From the NCBI GenBank assembly GCA_041912175.1, contig JAYRNN010000209.1, forward strand, positions 1 through 55,375: DNA of 55,375 nt, in the 5' to 3' direction. The notes under the pieces were generated by a model. The model saw only the letters and a list, made by a program, of their open reading frames with translations, was not told the DNA's origin and searched no databases. This DNA comes from Anaerolineales bacterium. Lineage in GTDB: Bacteria; Chloroflexota; Anaerolineae; Anaerolineales; UBA4823. A program made the translations under genes and the position numbers. This document shows positions 1-7,894 of this stretch, one piece after another; the stretch's first letter is position 1; each line of letters opens with the position of its first letter.

Positions 1-783
1 AAAGGGCATCCCCAGAAATACGCACTTTCTTGTGAATCGCGATCGGCGGTAGATTGGGCTGCCTATTGGGGGACCGAGATCAGTGAAAAGAAATTCTTAA
101 CGAATTTACCACGTTCTGATAATCCGGATAAAGGGTTCGTTGGCCAACCAGGCGATTCCCTGGGAAATCTTCCCCCAGAGTCTTATGGCGTCCATGCAGG
201 GCCTGTGGCGGAGTTGCTACGCGAATTTGGCATACCGGCAGAGGCGAAGATAGAGATCCCATGGGAAACTGTGCAAATGGAACTGGCTGTTGGCCGGCCA
301 GTGATTGTATGGGTGATCGGTCAAATGTGGAAAGGGAGGCCCGTTCGATATACGGCTTCCGATGGCGAAACATCCACGGTCGCCCGGTATGAGCATACGA
401 TGATCCTGGTTGGTTATACACCATCCTTCGTCATCGCGATTGACCCGGCCAATGGCGCTGAGGCATCTTATCCGCTATCTGCTTTTCTGACTTCATGGGA
501 CGTATTGGGTCGCATGGCGATTATCGGAGGCAATGAATGGGAATCTGCTGCGAATGAAGATGATGTGGTCGTTGCTCCATCGCCGATACCGGCATCAGTA
601 CCGCCAGGGTCTTCAGCAGCCGCTACGGCGGAGGATGCCCCAAGAATTTATACTGTACGTCGAGGCGAGTACCTGACCGGTATCGCCAAGAAACTTAGCA
701 TCAACTGGCGTAAGTTAGCCAGGTTGAACCATCTCGACGCCCCTTATATTTTGTATACAGGCCAAAAAATCCAATTGCCATAA
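1..783 (+). CDS. Peptidase C39-like (BtrH-type cysteine peptidase) domain protein with C-terminal LysM domain; 5' end cut by window edge
   Basis: Frame 1 is open from base 1 (KGHPQKYALSCESRSAVDWAAYWGTE... precedes the first Met at 205), so the 205 start is a window-edge artefact. The C-terminal YTVRRGEYLTGIAKKLSINWRKLARLNHL...YTGQKIQLP is a LysM motif. An A/P/S-rich linker separates the domains. Confidence 0.7.
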   Translation, partial: KGHPQKYALSCESRSAVDWAAYWGTEISEKKFLTNLPRSDNPDKGFVGQPGDSLGNLPPESYGVHAGPVAELLREFGIPAEAKIEIPWETVQMELAVGRPVIVWVIGQMWKGRPVRYTASDGETSTVARYEHTMILVGYTPSFVIAIDPANGAEASYPLSAFLTSWDVLGRMAIIGGNEWESAANEDDVVVAPSPIPASVPPGSSAAATAEDAPRIYTVRRGEYLTGIAKKLSINWRKLARLNHLDAPYILYTGQKIQLP

Positions 784-795
784 GCCTGTTAAATA

Positions 796-830
796 AAATG
801 CTGTGGATGTTTTGATCCACAGCATTTGGT
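796..830. terminator. Bidirectional intrinsic terminator hairpin between convergent genes
   Basis: Perfect 13-bp inverted repeat aaaatgctgtggat/atccacagcatttt (796-808 and 815-827) with a 6-nt loop gttttg. A/T runs flank both sides. It sits between the stops at 783 (+) and 837 (-). Confidence 0.6.
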
Positions 831-836
831 TATCTC

Positions 837-1571
837 TTACCAGCCTGCTGATAAGCGCTGAATATGCCGTTCTGGCAGCCCGACATTAAGCATGCGCGCC
901 TGCACGGATGCAATATCATAGGCTATTCTGCGGTAATGCCAGGTATTATCTTCTGATTCATAGATAGCATATGCCGCACGTGGATCGCGATCACGAGGTT
1001 GGCCGACGGAGCCCGGGTTGACGATCGACCGCCATTTCAGCTTAATCATCGTATTGGGTTCAGGGATTTCGAGTTGGGTTGAATATTCCTTGCCGTCCAG
1101 GCTGTAGATTACAGGTAAGTGAGTATGCCCCACGAAGCAATAAGGAGTCTCAAAATAGTCAAAATTGTACGAAGCAGTCCGAGTATCCAGTAAATATTCC
1201 CAAACAGGATATCGTGGACTACCGTGTGACAGGGTTACTTCATTCACCTGGAGCTTTTCGGGTAGTGAGCGTAGAAAAATGGCGCTGCTGTCGGTGAGCG
1301 TTTTCTGGGTCCAATGGACTGCCTGGCGCGCTTCGGGATTGAATGCCCCAGTATCAATTTGATTCAACGCGGCGGCGTCGTGGTTGCCGAGAAGACAGAG
1401 CAGGTTAGGTAATTGACGTACTAGCTCAATGACTTCATTTGGATCTGGGCCATAACCGACCAGATCACCCAGGCACCAGGCAGCATCGATCTCCCCAGCA
1501 TCTTTTATCACTGTCTCGAGAGCGGTCAAGTTAGCATGAATATCGGAAATGATCAAAATGTGCATGATCAC
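837..1571 (-). CDS. Metallophosphoesterase (calcineurin-like, YfcE/MJ0936-type)
   Basis: Motifs ILIISDIHAN, GDLVGYGPDP, LLGNHD and GHTHLP match the metallophosphoesterase signature D-x-H / GD / GNH(D/E) / GH-x-H. The start lies 2 nt from the stop of the upstream methyltransferase. Confidence 0.85.
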   Translation of the reverse strand: MIMHILIISDIHANLTALETVIKDAGEIDAAWCLGDLVGYGPDPNEVIELVRQLPNLLCLLGNHDAAALNQIDTGAFNPEARQAVHWTQKTLTDSSAIFLRSLPEKLQVNEVTLSHGSPRYPVWEYLLDTRTASYNFDYFETPYCFVGHTHLPVIYSLDGKEYSTQLEIPEPNTMIKLKWRSIVNPGSVGQPRDRDPRAAYAIYESEDNTWHYRRIAYDIASVQARMLNVGLPERHIQRLSAGW

Positions 1572-1572
1572 C

Positions 1573-2337
1573 TTATTTTACCGCAGTCCACACTTGATAA
1601 AGGCCAGATTTAGCGTTCTCGCCATCGGAATAAAAGGTCTCCTGGATTTCGAAGTGGCTGGCAGCCGCCAATTCGGAGAGTTCACTCTCGTCAAACAAGT
1701 GAACATAGCGAAACCCCCTGCCTCCATACCGCCAATCCAGGAGATAGTCTCCAGGGTCAAGCAGCGAATCATCCATGTCGACAAGAGCCCATGGTTGGAT
1801 GCGCGCTTGAAGCTTCGGATTGCTCTGAAATTGCCATTCGGAGTGAATAAACTGCCCATATGGAGAAAGTAGCGAGTGGATTTTCTCAAACAGCTTCAGG
1901 CGTAATTCGCGTCCGGGGATATGATGCAAGACCGCGAAAGCCAGAACCTGCTCAAAAGAGCTGACTTTGGGTCCAGACATCGACATGGTGATTTCTTGTA
2001 GAAGAATTTGATCCCAATCTTGGGAAGTGAGATCAGCCCGTAAAAAAAGGGGGGGTGGATATCCTTCGACAACAGATCTTTGTCGGGCGATTTGCAGCAA
2101 CTCTGAGCTGCTATCGATGCCGAAATAATATCCCATGAACCTATGATGGACCAATGTGCGCCAGAGCTCACCATTACCACAACCTAAATCAAGGATTGAA
2201 GTTTGATTAGGAATCCGTTCCAGAATACGTCGTACGCCTGGTTGGATGCGTTGCCTGGTTTGGGAAAATTGGAGTGCGAAGGTCTGGTAAAATTGGCGGT
2301 TAAGGGCGATCAATCGATCACACGATTCTGGGTCCAT
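1573..2337 (-). CDS. Class-I SAM-dependent methyltransferase, Trm9/ALKBH8-like (candidate tRNA cm5U34 methyltransferase)
   Basis: Motifs FSQTR, ILDLGCGNGE, AFAVLHHIPGRELRLKLFEKIHSLLSPYGQFIHSEW and YVHLFDESELSEL resemble Trm9/ALKBH8-MT motifs as I remember them. The start was moved to the internal ATG at 2337 (MDPESCDRL...). The longer ORF-track start at 2460 would overlap elp3 and encodes a non-conserved leader. TATAAT (2350-2345, minus strand) lies 7 nt upstream of this ATG. Confidence 0.7.
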   Translation of the reverse strand: MDPESCDRLIALNRQFYQTFALQFSQTRQRIQPGVRRILERIPNQTSILDLGCGNGELWRTLVHHRFMGYYFGIDSSSELLQIARQRSVVEGYPPPLFLRADLTSQDWDQILLQEITMSMSGPKVSSFEQVLAFAVLHHIPGRELRLKLFEKIHSLLSPYGQFIHSEWQFQSNPKLQARIQPWALVDMDDSLLDPGDYLLDWRYGGRGFRYVHLFDESELSELAAASHFEIQETFYSDGENAKSGLYQVWTAVK

Positions 2338-2427
2338 AGCTGGTATTATAGCTTGAAAAATAAGTCGGCTTAATTTAATAATGAGATCTGCGATGAAATT
2401 GGAAATGGTGTAGAACGGTGAGCTCGT

Positions 2428-4026
2428 ATGAACTACGAAATCGATGATCAAACCTGGCAAAAAAATCGCCAGTATACCGCTGAGAAAATGGCTTTAGCCA
2501 AGCAGGCGTTATCCGAGGTCCGGCGTGGTCGTGAGGTTACGGATGTCATCCGTAAATACCCACTTCCTGGAGGCGGGCATATGGGAAAGCACTTATTGGT
2601 TGCAGCGTACCGCGAGCTCGTCGAAAGCGGGGAGTGGGCGCCAGATGCTACGCTTCTGGCGCGCATTCGGATGAAGCCGGTGCGCACACTTTATGGTGTG
2701 ACTACAGTAACAGTTTTAACAAAACCTTATCCGTGTCCGGGTAAATGTATTTTTTGCCCCACCGACGTGCGTATGCCTAAAAGTTATTTGCCCGATGAAC
2801 CAGGGGCGCGGCGCGGATTGCAACATGATTTTGATCCCTATGGACAAGTCGCCGGGCGTCTCGAAGCGCTGCAAGCCATTGGTCATCCGTCAGATAAGAT
2901 CGAGTTGCTTATTTTGGGAGGCACCTGGAGCGCTTACCGGCGTGACTATCAGGAATGGTTCGTCCAACGCTGCCTGGACGCGATGAACGGCTTCGATTCT
3001 CAGTCGTTAGATGACGCTCAATCCCACAATGAATCTGCCATTCATCGTAATGTGGGTCTGGTGATCGAGACACGCCCAGATCATGTTGATATAAATGAGT
3101 TAGCCTGGTTGCGGAGGTTGGGAGTTACCAAAGTACAATTAGGGGCGCAAAGCCTGGACAACCGAATACTGGAACTAAATCTGCGCGGCCATACCGCAGA
3201 GGAGACGCGCCGAGCGGTGGCTCTCTTACGCGCGGGAGGGTTTAAAATTGTGCTTCATTGGATGCCCAATCTATTAGGAGCTACACTTGAATCGGATCGC
3301 CAGGATTTTGCCCGGGTCTGGGAGGATTGCTGTCCCGATGAAATAAAAATCTATCCAAATCAGCTATTAGAAAACACCGAGCTATATCAATTTTGGCTGC
3401 AGGGTGAATATCGTCCCTATTCAACGCAGGACTTGATTCAACTGATTGCGGATATCAAACCTACCATTCCCCGTTACTGTCGGGTCAATCGTGTGATCCG
3501 TGATATTCCGTCCACCAATGTAGTTGAGGGCAATAAACGCACCAGCCTACGCCAGGACGTTGCCCAGGAGTTACAGCGCCGCGGTAAGACCTGCCAATGC
3601 ATCCGTTGCCGTGAAATTCGTGAACAATCCATGGATAACAACTCGTTGCAGCTTGATGACCTGGTTTATTCGGCAGGCGGCGCCGAAGAGCATTTTCTCT
3701 CTTTGGTCACCCCTGATGACCGCCTGGCAGGGTTCCTGCGCCTCTCATTGCCTGGTGTGAATTCGCCGGATAGCGGAATGGCCGATTTAAAGGGCGCTGC
3801 CATCATCCGCGAGGTTCATGTGTATGGCCAGTCCCTTCCGGTGGGCGCAGAAGAAATCGGAGCCGCCCAACATGCCGGCTTGGGTACACTCTTGTTGGAG
3901 AAAGCTGGGCAACTTGCGCGCCAGCGTGGATATGCCCGTCTAGCAGTGATCTCAGCAATTGGCGCCCGCCAATATTACATCAAGCGTGGATTCAAGCGCG
4001 GCGACCTGTATTTGATCAATGGTTGA
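2428..4026 (+). CDS. elp3: Elp3-type radical SAM / GNAT acetyltransferase (tRNA uridine-34 carboxymethylation enzyme homolog)
   Basis: Contains the CX3CX2C radical-SAM motif in KPYPCPGKCIFCPTD. Elp3-like core blocks LILGGTWSAY, VGLVIETRPD, TKVQLGAQSLD and KIVLHWMPNL are present. A second Cys cluster is GKTCQCIRCREIR. The C-terminal GNAT fold is HAGLGTLLLEKAGQLARQRGYARLAVISAIGARQYYIKRGF. Confidence 0.9.
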   Translation: MNYEIDDQTWQKNRQYTAEKMALAKQALSEVRRGREVTDVIRKYPLPGGGHMGKHLLVAAYRELVESGEWAPDATLLARIRMKPVRTLYGVTTVTVLTKPYPCPGKCIFCPTDVRMPKSYLPDEPGARRGLQHDFDPYGQVAGRLEALQAIGHPSDKIELLILGGTWSAYRRDYQEWFVQRCLDAMNGFDSQSLDDAQSHNESAIHRNVGLVIETRPDHVDINELAWLRRLGVTKVQLGAQSLDNRILELNLRGHTAEETRRAVALLRAGGFKIVLHWMPNLLGATLESDRQDFARVWEDCCPDEIKIYPNQLLENTELYQFWLQGEYRPYSTQDLIQLIADIKPTIPRYCRVNRVIRDIPSTNVVEGNKRTSLRQDVAQELQRRGKTCQCIRCREIREQSMDNNSLQLDDLVYSAGGAEEHFLSLVTPDDRLAGFLRLSLPGVNSPDSGMADLKGAAIIREVHVYGQSLPVGAEEIGAAQHAGLGTLLLEKAGQLARQRGYARLAVISAIGARQYYIKRGFKRGDLYLING

Positions 4027-4540
4027 ACATTTCATTGGTCTATTCTGGTTGTTTATAAAAGTTAACCTGCTCACTACTTCTGGGCCTGCCTCAGTCGGGC
4101 TCTTGTATAAAGAGGCGGTTGGGAAATTAATGACCGAGACCCAATTCGTTGAAGCAGTGGGTTTTTCCCAATTTCTTCCTGGCAGCGACGCGCTCCAACT
4201 CGCGATGTTTATTGGTTACAATGTTGGAGGGGTGCTTGGGGCATTTGCTGCGTTGCTGGGTTCTGTTTTGCCTCCAACGCTGATCATGTTGGGGGTTGTG
4301 GTGATCTTGCAGCGCTTACGGAATGAAGCCTGGATTGGAAGCTTCGTGCGAGGCTTAGCTCCGGCCGTAGCTGCCTTAATGGTTTTAGTTGCCTGGAAAC
4401 TCTTTAATAGCAGTAATGACCCAATCGCCTGGACCACAGTTATCATTGCGGGTTTAAGTTTTCTGGCGCTGCGTCTCAAGGTGCCTTCTCCGCTTGTGCT
4501 GCTGGGTGCTGGGATTATCGGGATCATCTTCTTGCGATGA
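4019..4540 (+). CDS. Short-chain chromate ion transporter (CHR) family protein, paralog 1
   Basis: CHR-family motif LFIKVNLLTTSGPASVGLLYKEAV...FLPGSDALQLAMFIGY; roughly 5 hydrophobic helices. The ATG overlaps the elp3 stop (atggttga). Confidence 0.8.
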   Translation: MVEHFIGLFWLFIKVNLLTTSGPASVGLLYKEAVGKLMTETQFVEAVGFSQFLPGSDALQLAMFIGYNVGGVLGAFAALLGSVLPPTLIMLGVVVILQRLRNEAWIGSFVRGLAPAVAALMVLVAWKLFNSSNDPIAWTTVIIAGLSFLALRLKVPSPLVLLGAGIIGIIFLR

Positions 4541-5136
4541 GCGAGCTACAAAATCTACCAGAATCTCCTGAATTGGAAAAACCCGAGCCGGCTGGATTGC
4601 TAGATGGCAAATCGGGTATGCAAAAGTGGTTTACGCTATTTTGGCTATTTATTAAAGTCAATGTGCTGACCACTTCAGGGCCTGCGTCTGTCGGACTGCT
4701 ATACAAAGAGGCGGTCGGGACGCTCATGACTGAAAGTGAATTTGTCGAAGCGGTTGGTTTCTCAAGCGTTGTACCTGGCAGTGAGGCGATGAAGCTGGCG
4801 ATGTTTGTAGGGTACGCGGCTGGAGGAGTTTCGGGGGCGACTGCTGCATTATTAGGCGCGATACTGCCTCCGACAATCATGATGTTGATCATAGTGGCAA
4901 TTTTGCAGCGCGTGCATAACGAAGCCTGGGTAGGACGTTTTGTGCATGGTTTGGTGCCGGCGGTTGCAGTCTTAATTGTGGTGGTTGCATGGGAAATCTT
5001 CTCGGGCAACGGTAACCGGATGAAGACGACAACGGTAATCATCGCGATCCTCAGCCTGGCGGCGTTATTGCTTGATGCGCCTGCCCCTATCGTCTTGCTC
5101 GGAGCTGGAGTTCTAGGGATCATATTGTTCCGATGA
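4537..5136 (+). CDS. Short-chain chromate ion transporter (CHR) family protein, paralog 2
   Basis: Same CHR motif (LFIKVNVLTTSGPASVGLLYKEAV...VPGSEAMKLAMFVGY). About two-thirds identical to the upstream paralog by eye. 4-nt ATGA overlap with it. Confidence 0.8.
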   Translation: MSELQNLPESPELEKPEPAGLLDGKSGMQKWFTLFWLFIKVNVLTTSGPASVGLLYKEAVGTLMTESEFVEAVGFSSVVPGSEAMKLAMFVGYAAGGVSGATAALLGAILPPTIMMLIIVAILQRVHNEAWVGRFVHGLVPAVAVLIVVVAWEIFSGNGNRMKTTTVIIAILSLAALLLDAPAPIVLLGAGVLGIILFR

Positions 5137-5984
5137 ATCAAAATAATTTTTCAATCCTACTTTGCACGAACGGCCACGAATCCACAAAACCGGCTTTAGA
5201 ATATGGAAGCTGGCTGGCAGGAATATTGGACAAACCCGTTACTTTGTTGGGTTTGAATGAAGATCAAACATTCAAGTCACAATTAAATGGATTAGTAGAA
5301 TCGGCTGCGCTCCAATTAAGCCAGAAAAATATCCAGTTTGATCAGAGGGTGGAAGATGGACCTGGCGCGGATGGGATTGCGCGGGCAGCCCAATCGGGCC
5401 ATTATCTAACTGTCGTTGGCCCATTAGGTCGGCCGGTCTGGCAGCGCGTTGTCCATGGGCGCTCATTCCGTCGTTTACTAGCCATGATTAAGACACCCAT
5501 CCTATATGTGCCTCGGTTTCGTCTGCCACTGAAACGTATGCTGATCTGTACAGGCGGATTGGGATATGCGCTTAGCCTGGAACGCCTGAGTTTACAGATA
5601 GCTAAGGCTGCGGGATGTGATATTACATTATTCCATGTGATTGAACCCATCAACCTGGATTATCCGACTGCCTCGGAAATTCAACATCATCCTGACGATA
5701 TCTTGGAAACTGACACGCCTCAGGCGCACAATCTAAACCAGGCGCTGATGGAAATAAGTTCGGCAGGTCTCGCGAGCGAGTTGAAAGTTCGGCACGGAAG
5801 TATTGTCCATGAAATCCTTAAGGAAATACATGTGGGCGATTACGGATTCATTGGATTAGGATCTCCATACAGCACCAAAAGCTTACGCCATTTATACACG
5901 CCCAATGTCACGGCTGAAGTTGCAGAATCGATCCAAACACCGGTGCTATCTGTCCGCGTGGGTCAAGATTTTGTGCGATCCTGA
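5133..5984 (+). CDS. Universal stress protein family protein (tandem USP domains)
   Basis: Two USP-like halves: ILLCTNGHESTKPALEYG... and MLICTGG...ITLFHVIEP...GDYGFIGLGS...VAESIQTPVLSVR. 4-nt overlap with the upstream CHR gene. Confidence 0.7.
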   Translation: MNQNNFSILLCTNGHESTKPALEYGSWLAGILDKPVTLLGLNEDQTFKSQLNGLVESAALQLSQKNIQFDQRVEDGPGADGIARAAQSGHYLTVVGPLGRPVWQRVVHGRSFRRLLAMIKTPILYVPRFRLPLKRMLICTGGLGYALSLERLSLQIAKAAGCDITLFHVIEPINLDYPTASEIQHHPDDILETDTPQAHNLNQALMEISSAGLASELKVRHGSIVHEILKEIHVGDYGFIGLGSPYSTKSLRHLYTPNVTAEVAESIQTPVLSVRVGQDFVRS

Positions 5985-6032
5985 TTGAACCACACGCTGA
6001 TTTCTTAGGGCGACATTAAATTAAGGTTAATC

Positions 6033-6060
6033 TTGACAGACTCGCAAACATGATTATAAT
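6033..6060 (+). promoter_or_regulatory. Consensus sigma-70-type promoter of the sugar ABC operon
   Basis: TTGACA (6033-6038), a 16-nt spacer, then TATAAT (6055-6060). Both hexamers match consensus perfectly, in the 355-bp intergenic region upstream of the binding-protein gene. Confidence 0.6.
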
Positions 6061-6073
6061 GGAAACGGTTCCA
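6060..6073. promoter_or_regulatory. LacI-family-type palindromic operator overlapping the predicted transcription start
   Basis: TGGAAACGGTTCCA is a 14-bp palindrome with a central CG and a single mismatched pair, fitting the TGnnAnCGnTnnCA type. It abuts the -10 box. A LacI-family regulator is encoded at 13362-14378. Confidence 0.5.
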
Positions 6074-6182
6074 ATAATTCTTTTGAGGGTGTCTGGTTTT
6101 TCAGGATCATTAATTTCGCATAAAAGAAATGACTGATATGACCAATAAGCAACAGTTTTGGGCTTGAATTAAGGAATCACTG

Positions 6183-6212
6183 CGCCGCGGATTATTTACC
6201 CGTGGCGTTTTT
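6183..6212 (+). terminator. Intrinsic-terminator-like hairpin inside the long 5' leader of the ABC operon (candidate attenuator or sRNA 3' end)
   Basis: cgccgcgg (6183-6190) pairs with ccgtggcg (6200-6207): 8 bp including one G-U, with a 9-nt loop. TTTTT follows at 6208-6212. It lies about 145 nt downstream of the predicted start and 128 nt upstream of the ATG at 6340. Confidence 0.45.
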
Positions 6213-6339
6213 GATTGACACCCTGTGGTGTAAATCGCTTGATCGTAAGAAAAATGGAGGTGAAAACGCAAAATCCCAGTTTAGCTATTCCAGTATGATT
6301 CGATACAAAATTTTTTCCCAATTCTTGGAGGATGGAAAT

Positions 6340-7779
6340 ATGAAGACCCGAAAATCACTTTGGTTGATGATCTCCCTGTTAGTGGTCATGTCTTTCGTCT
6401 TGGCAGCCTGCGGCGGTGGAGCCGCTACTACCCAGGCGCCGGCAGCCACTGAAGCGCCCGCAGCGGCAGCGCCAACCGAGGCGCCTGCAGCAGCAGCGCC
6501 AGCAGGAGAAGACTGCGGCGCCGGCGCTCCGATAATTCCGGGCGGATACCTTGAAAAAGCTTTGAATGGTGAATATAAGGGCACCACGGTTACCTTTGAT
6601 GGCCCATTTGCCAGTGGTGATGATGTAAAATTCAATAACGCGGTTGCAGATTTCGAAGCCAAGTCCGGGATTAATATCGAGTACCAGGGCGGCAAAGATT
6701 TTGAATCGTCGATCGGCATCCGTGTGGATGGCGGAAGCGCGCCGGATATCGCCGATTTCCCGCAACCTGGTTTGTTGAACACCCAGGTTCGCAAGGGCAA
6801 AGTGATCGACGTCTCGACCTTCCTGCCGGAAGACTACTTGAAAGCACAGTACAAGCAGAGCTGGCTGGATATGGCCAAGATGGAAGCCCCCAGCGGCCCA
6901 ATCACGGCCGGCATCTGGGCCCGCACCAATGGCAAGAGCCTGGTCTGGTATAACAAGAAAGCCTTCGATGCGGCTGGTTATACGATTCCGACAACCTGGG
7001 ATGAAATGATGACGTTGACCCAGCAGATTGCCGATGATGGCGACACACCCTGGTGTGTCGGCATCGAATCCGGCGCTGCCACCGGTTGGCCTATGACCGA
7101 TTGGATTGAAGAGGTCATGCTGCGCACCACCACGCCCGAAAACTATGATAAATGGGTCAATGGTGAGCTCAAGTTCGACTCACCAGAAGTCAACAACGCG
7201 ATCGACATCATCACCAAGATCTGGTTCAATGACGCCTACGTGAAAGGCGGGCGCGCTGCCATCGCCACGACCGCTTTTGGCGATGCACCCAAGCCGATGT
7301 TCGAGAATCCCCCGAAGTGCTGGCTGCACAAGCAGGGCAACTTCATCACTACCTTCTTCCCAGAGGGGCTGAAGCCGGGCGTCGATTACGACTTCTTCTA
7401 CCTGCCTGGGATTGATAAGCAGTATGGCGAGCCGGTCTTGATCGCCGGCGACATCTATGCTATGTTCAATGATCGGCCAGAAGTTCGTGCAGTTATGGAA
7501 TACTTCACGCGTGCTGAGTCCTTGAAGTCCTGGTTGGGAGCTGGCGGCGCCATCTCACCGCACAATGACCAGTGCCTGAGCTGGTATGGTGACAATCCGA
7601 TCGAGAAAAAGATTGCTGGGATGATTCGCAATGCCAATACCGTCCGCTTCGATGGTTCGGATTTAATGCCCGGCGCAGTCGGATCCGGCTCCTTCTGGAA
7701 AGAAATGACTGCTTTCGTCAGCGGCCAGATTGACCAGAAGACTGCCCTCCAGGAAATCGACGCCTCCTGGCCAAAATAA
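6340..7779 (+). CDS. Sugar ABC transporter substrate-binding lipoprotein (CUT1 family)
   Basis: Start set at the ATG at 6340, preceded by GGAGG. Lipoprotein signal peptide MKTRKSLWLMISLLVVMSFVLAAC, then an Ala/Pro linker, then a family-1 extracellular solute-binding domain (...GKSLVWYNKKAFDAAGY...TWDEM...). Two permease genes follow. Confidence 0.9.
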   Translation: MKTRKSLWLMISLLVVMSFVLAACGGGAATTQAPAATEAPAAAAPTEAPAAAAPAGEDCGAGAPIIPGGYLEKALNGEYKGTTVTFDGPFASGDDVKFNNAVADFEAKSGINIEYQGGKDFESSIGIRVDGGSAPDIADFPQPGLLNTQVRKGKVIDVSTFLPEDYLKAQYKQSWLDMAKMEAPSGPITAGIWARTNGKSLVWYNKKAFDAAGYTIPTTWDEMMTLTQQIADDGDTPWCVGIESGAATGWPMTDWIEEVMLRTTTPENYDKWVNGELKFDSPEVNNAIDIITKIWFNDAYVKGGRAAIATTAFGDAPKPMFENPPKCWLHKQGNFITTFFPEGLKPGVDYDFFYLPGIDKQYGEPVLIAGDIYAMFNDRPEVRAVMEYFTRAESLKSWLGAGGAISPHNDQCLSWYGDNPIEKKIAGMIRNANTVRFDGSDLMPGAVGSGSFWKEMTAFVSGQIDQKTALQEIDASWPK

Positions 7780-7843
7780 GTTTTCCCGATTCGGAAGCAT
7801 ACGGATGCACATAGATCGGAAATAATATAATGTAGAAGTAATC

Positions 7844-7894
7844 GAGAGGAGCCAGACAACAAGCATATTTTTGCTAGCTTGTCTTGCTCCTCTC
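7844..7894 (+). promoter_or_regulatory. Intercistronic stem-loop after the binding-protein gene
   Basis: gagaggagc-c-agacaa (7844-7859) pairs with ttgtct-t-gctcctctc (7879-7894), about 15 bp with one mismatch. There is no clear T-tract. The position matches the stabilising or attenuating hairpins that often follow ABC binding-protein genes. Confidence 0.5.

Noticed and set aside
4524-5141. 205-aa antisense ORF opposite the second CHR gene, and similar long antisense or alternate-frame ORFs (e.g. 80-424, 6285-6800, 7455-7907, 14739-15284, 54604-55032)
   Set aside because: Their translations are low-complexity (Ala/Pro/Arg/Ser-rich) mirror images of well-supported genes with recognisable motifs on the other strand or frame. 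They have no ribosome-binding sites or family motifs.
6202-6339. Long N-terminal extensions proposed by the ORF track (6202 for the binding protein, 7916 for the permease, 15197 for amylosucrase, 22938, 24784, 29312, 35150, 43637, 54619)
   Set aside because: In each case an internal ATG is preceded by a good Shine-Dalgarno sequence or begins a proper signal peptide or conserved N-terminus. The extension would overlap the upstream gene or a predicted terminator or promoter.
6451-6504. Imperfect 27-nt tandem duplication (gaagcgcccgcagcggcagcgccaacc / gaggcgcctgcagcagcagcgccagca) as a non-coding repeat or VNTR
   Set aside because: It lies inside the binding-protein CDS and encodes the Ala/Pro tether (EAPAAAAPT/EAPAAAAPA) after the lipobox. 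It is a coding low-complexity linker, not an independent repeat element.
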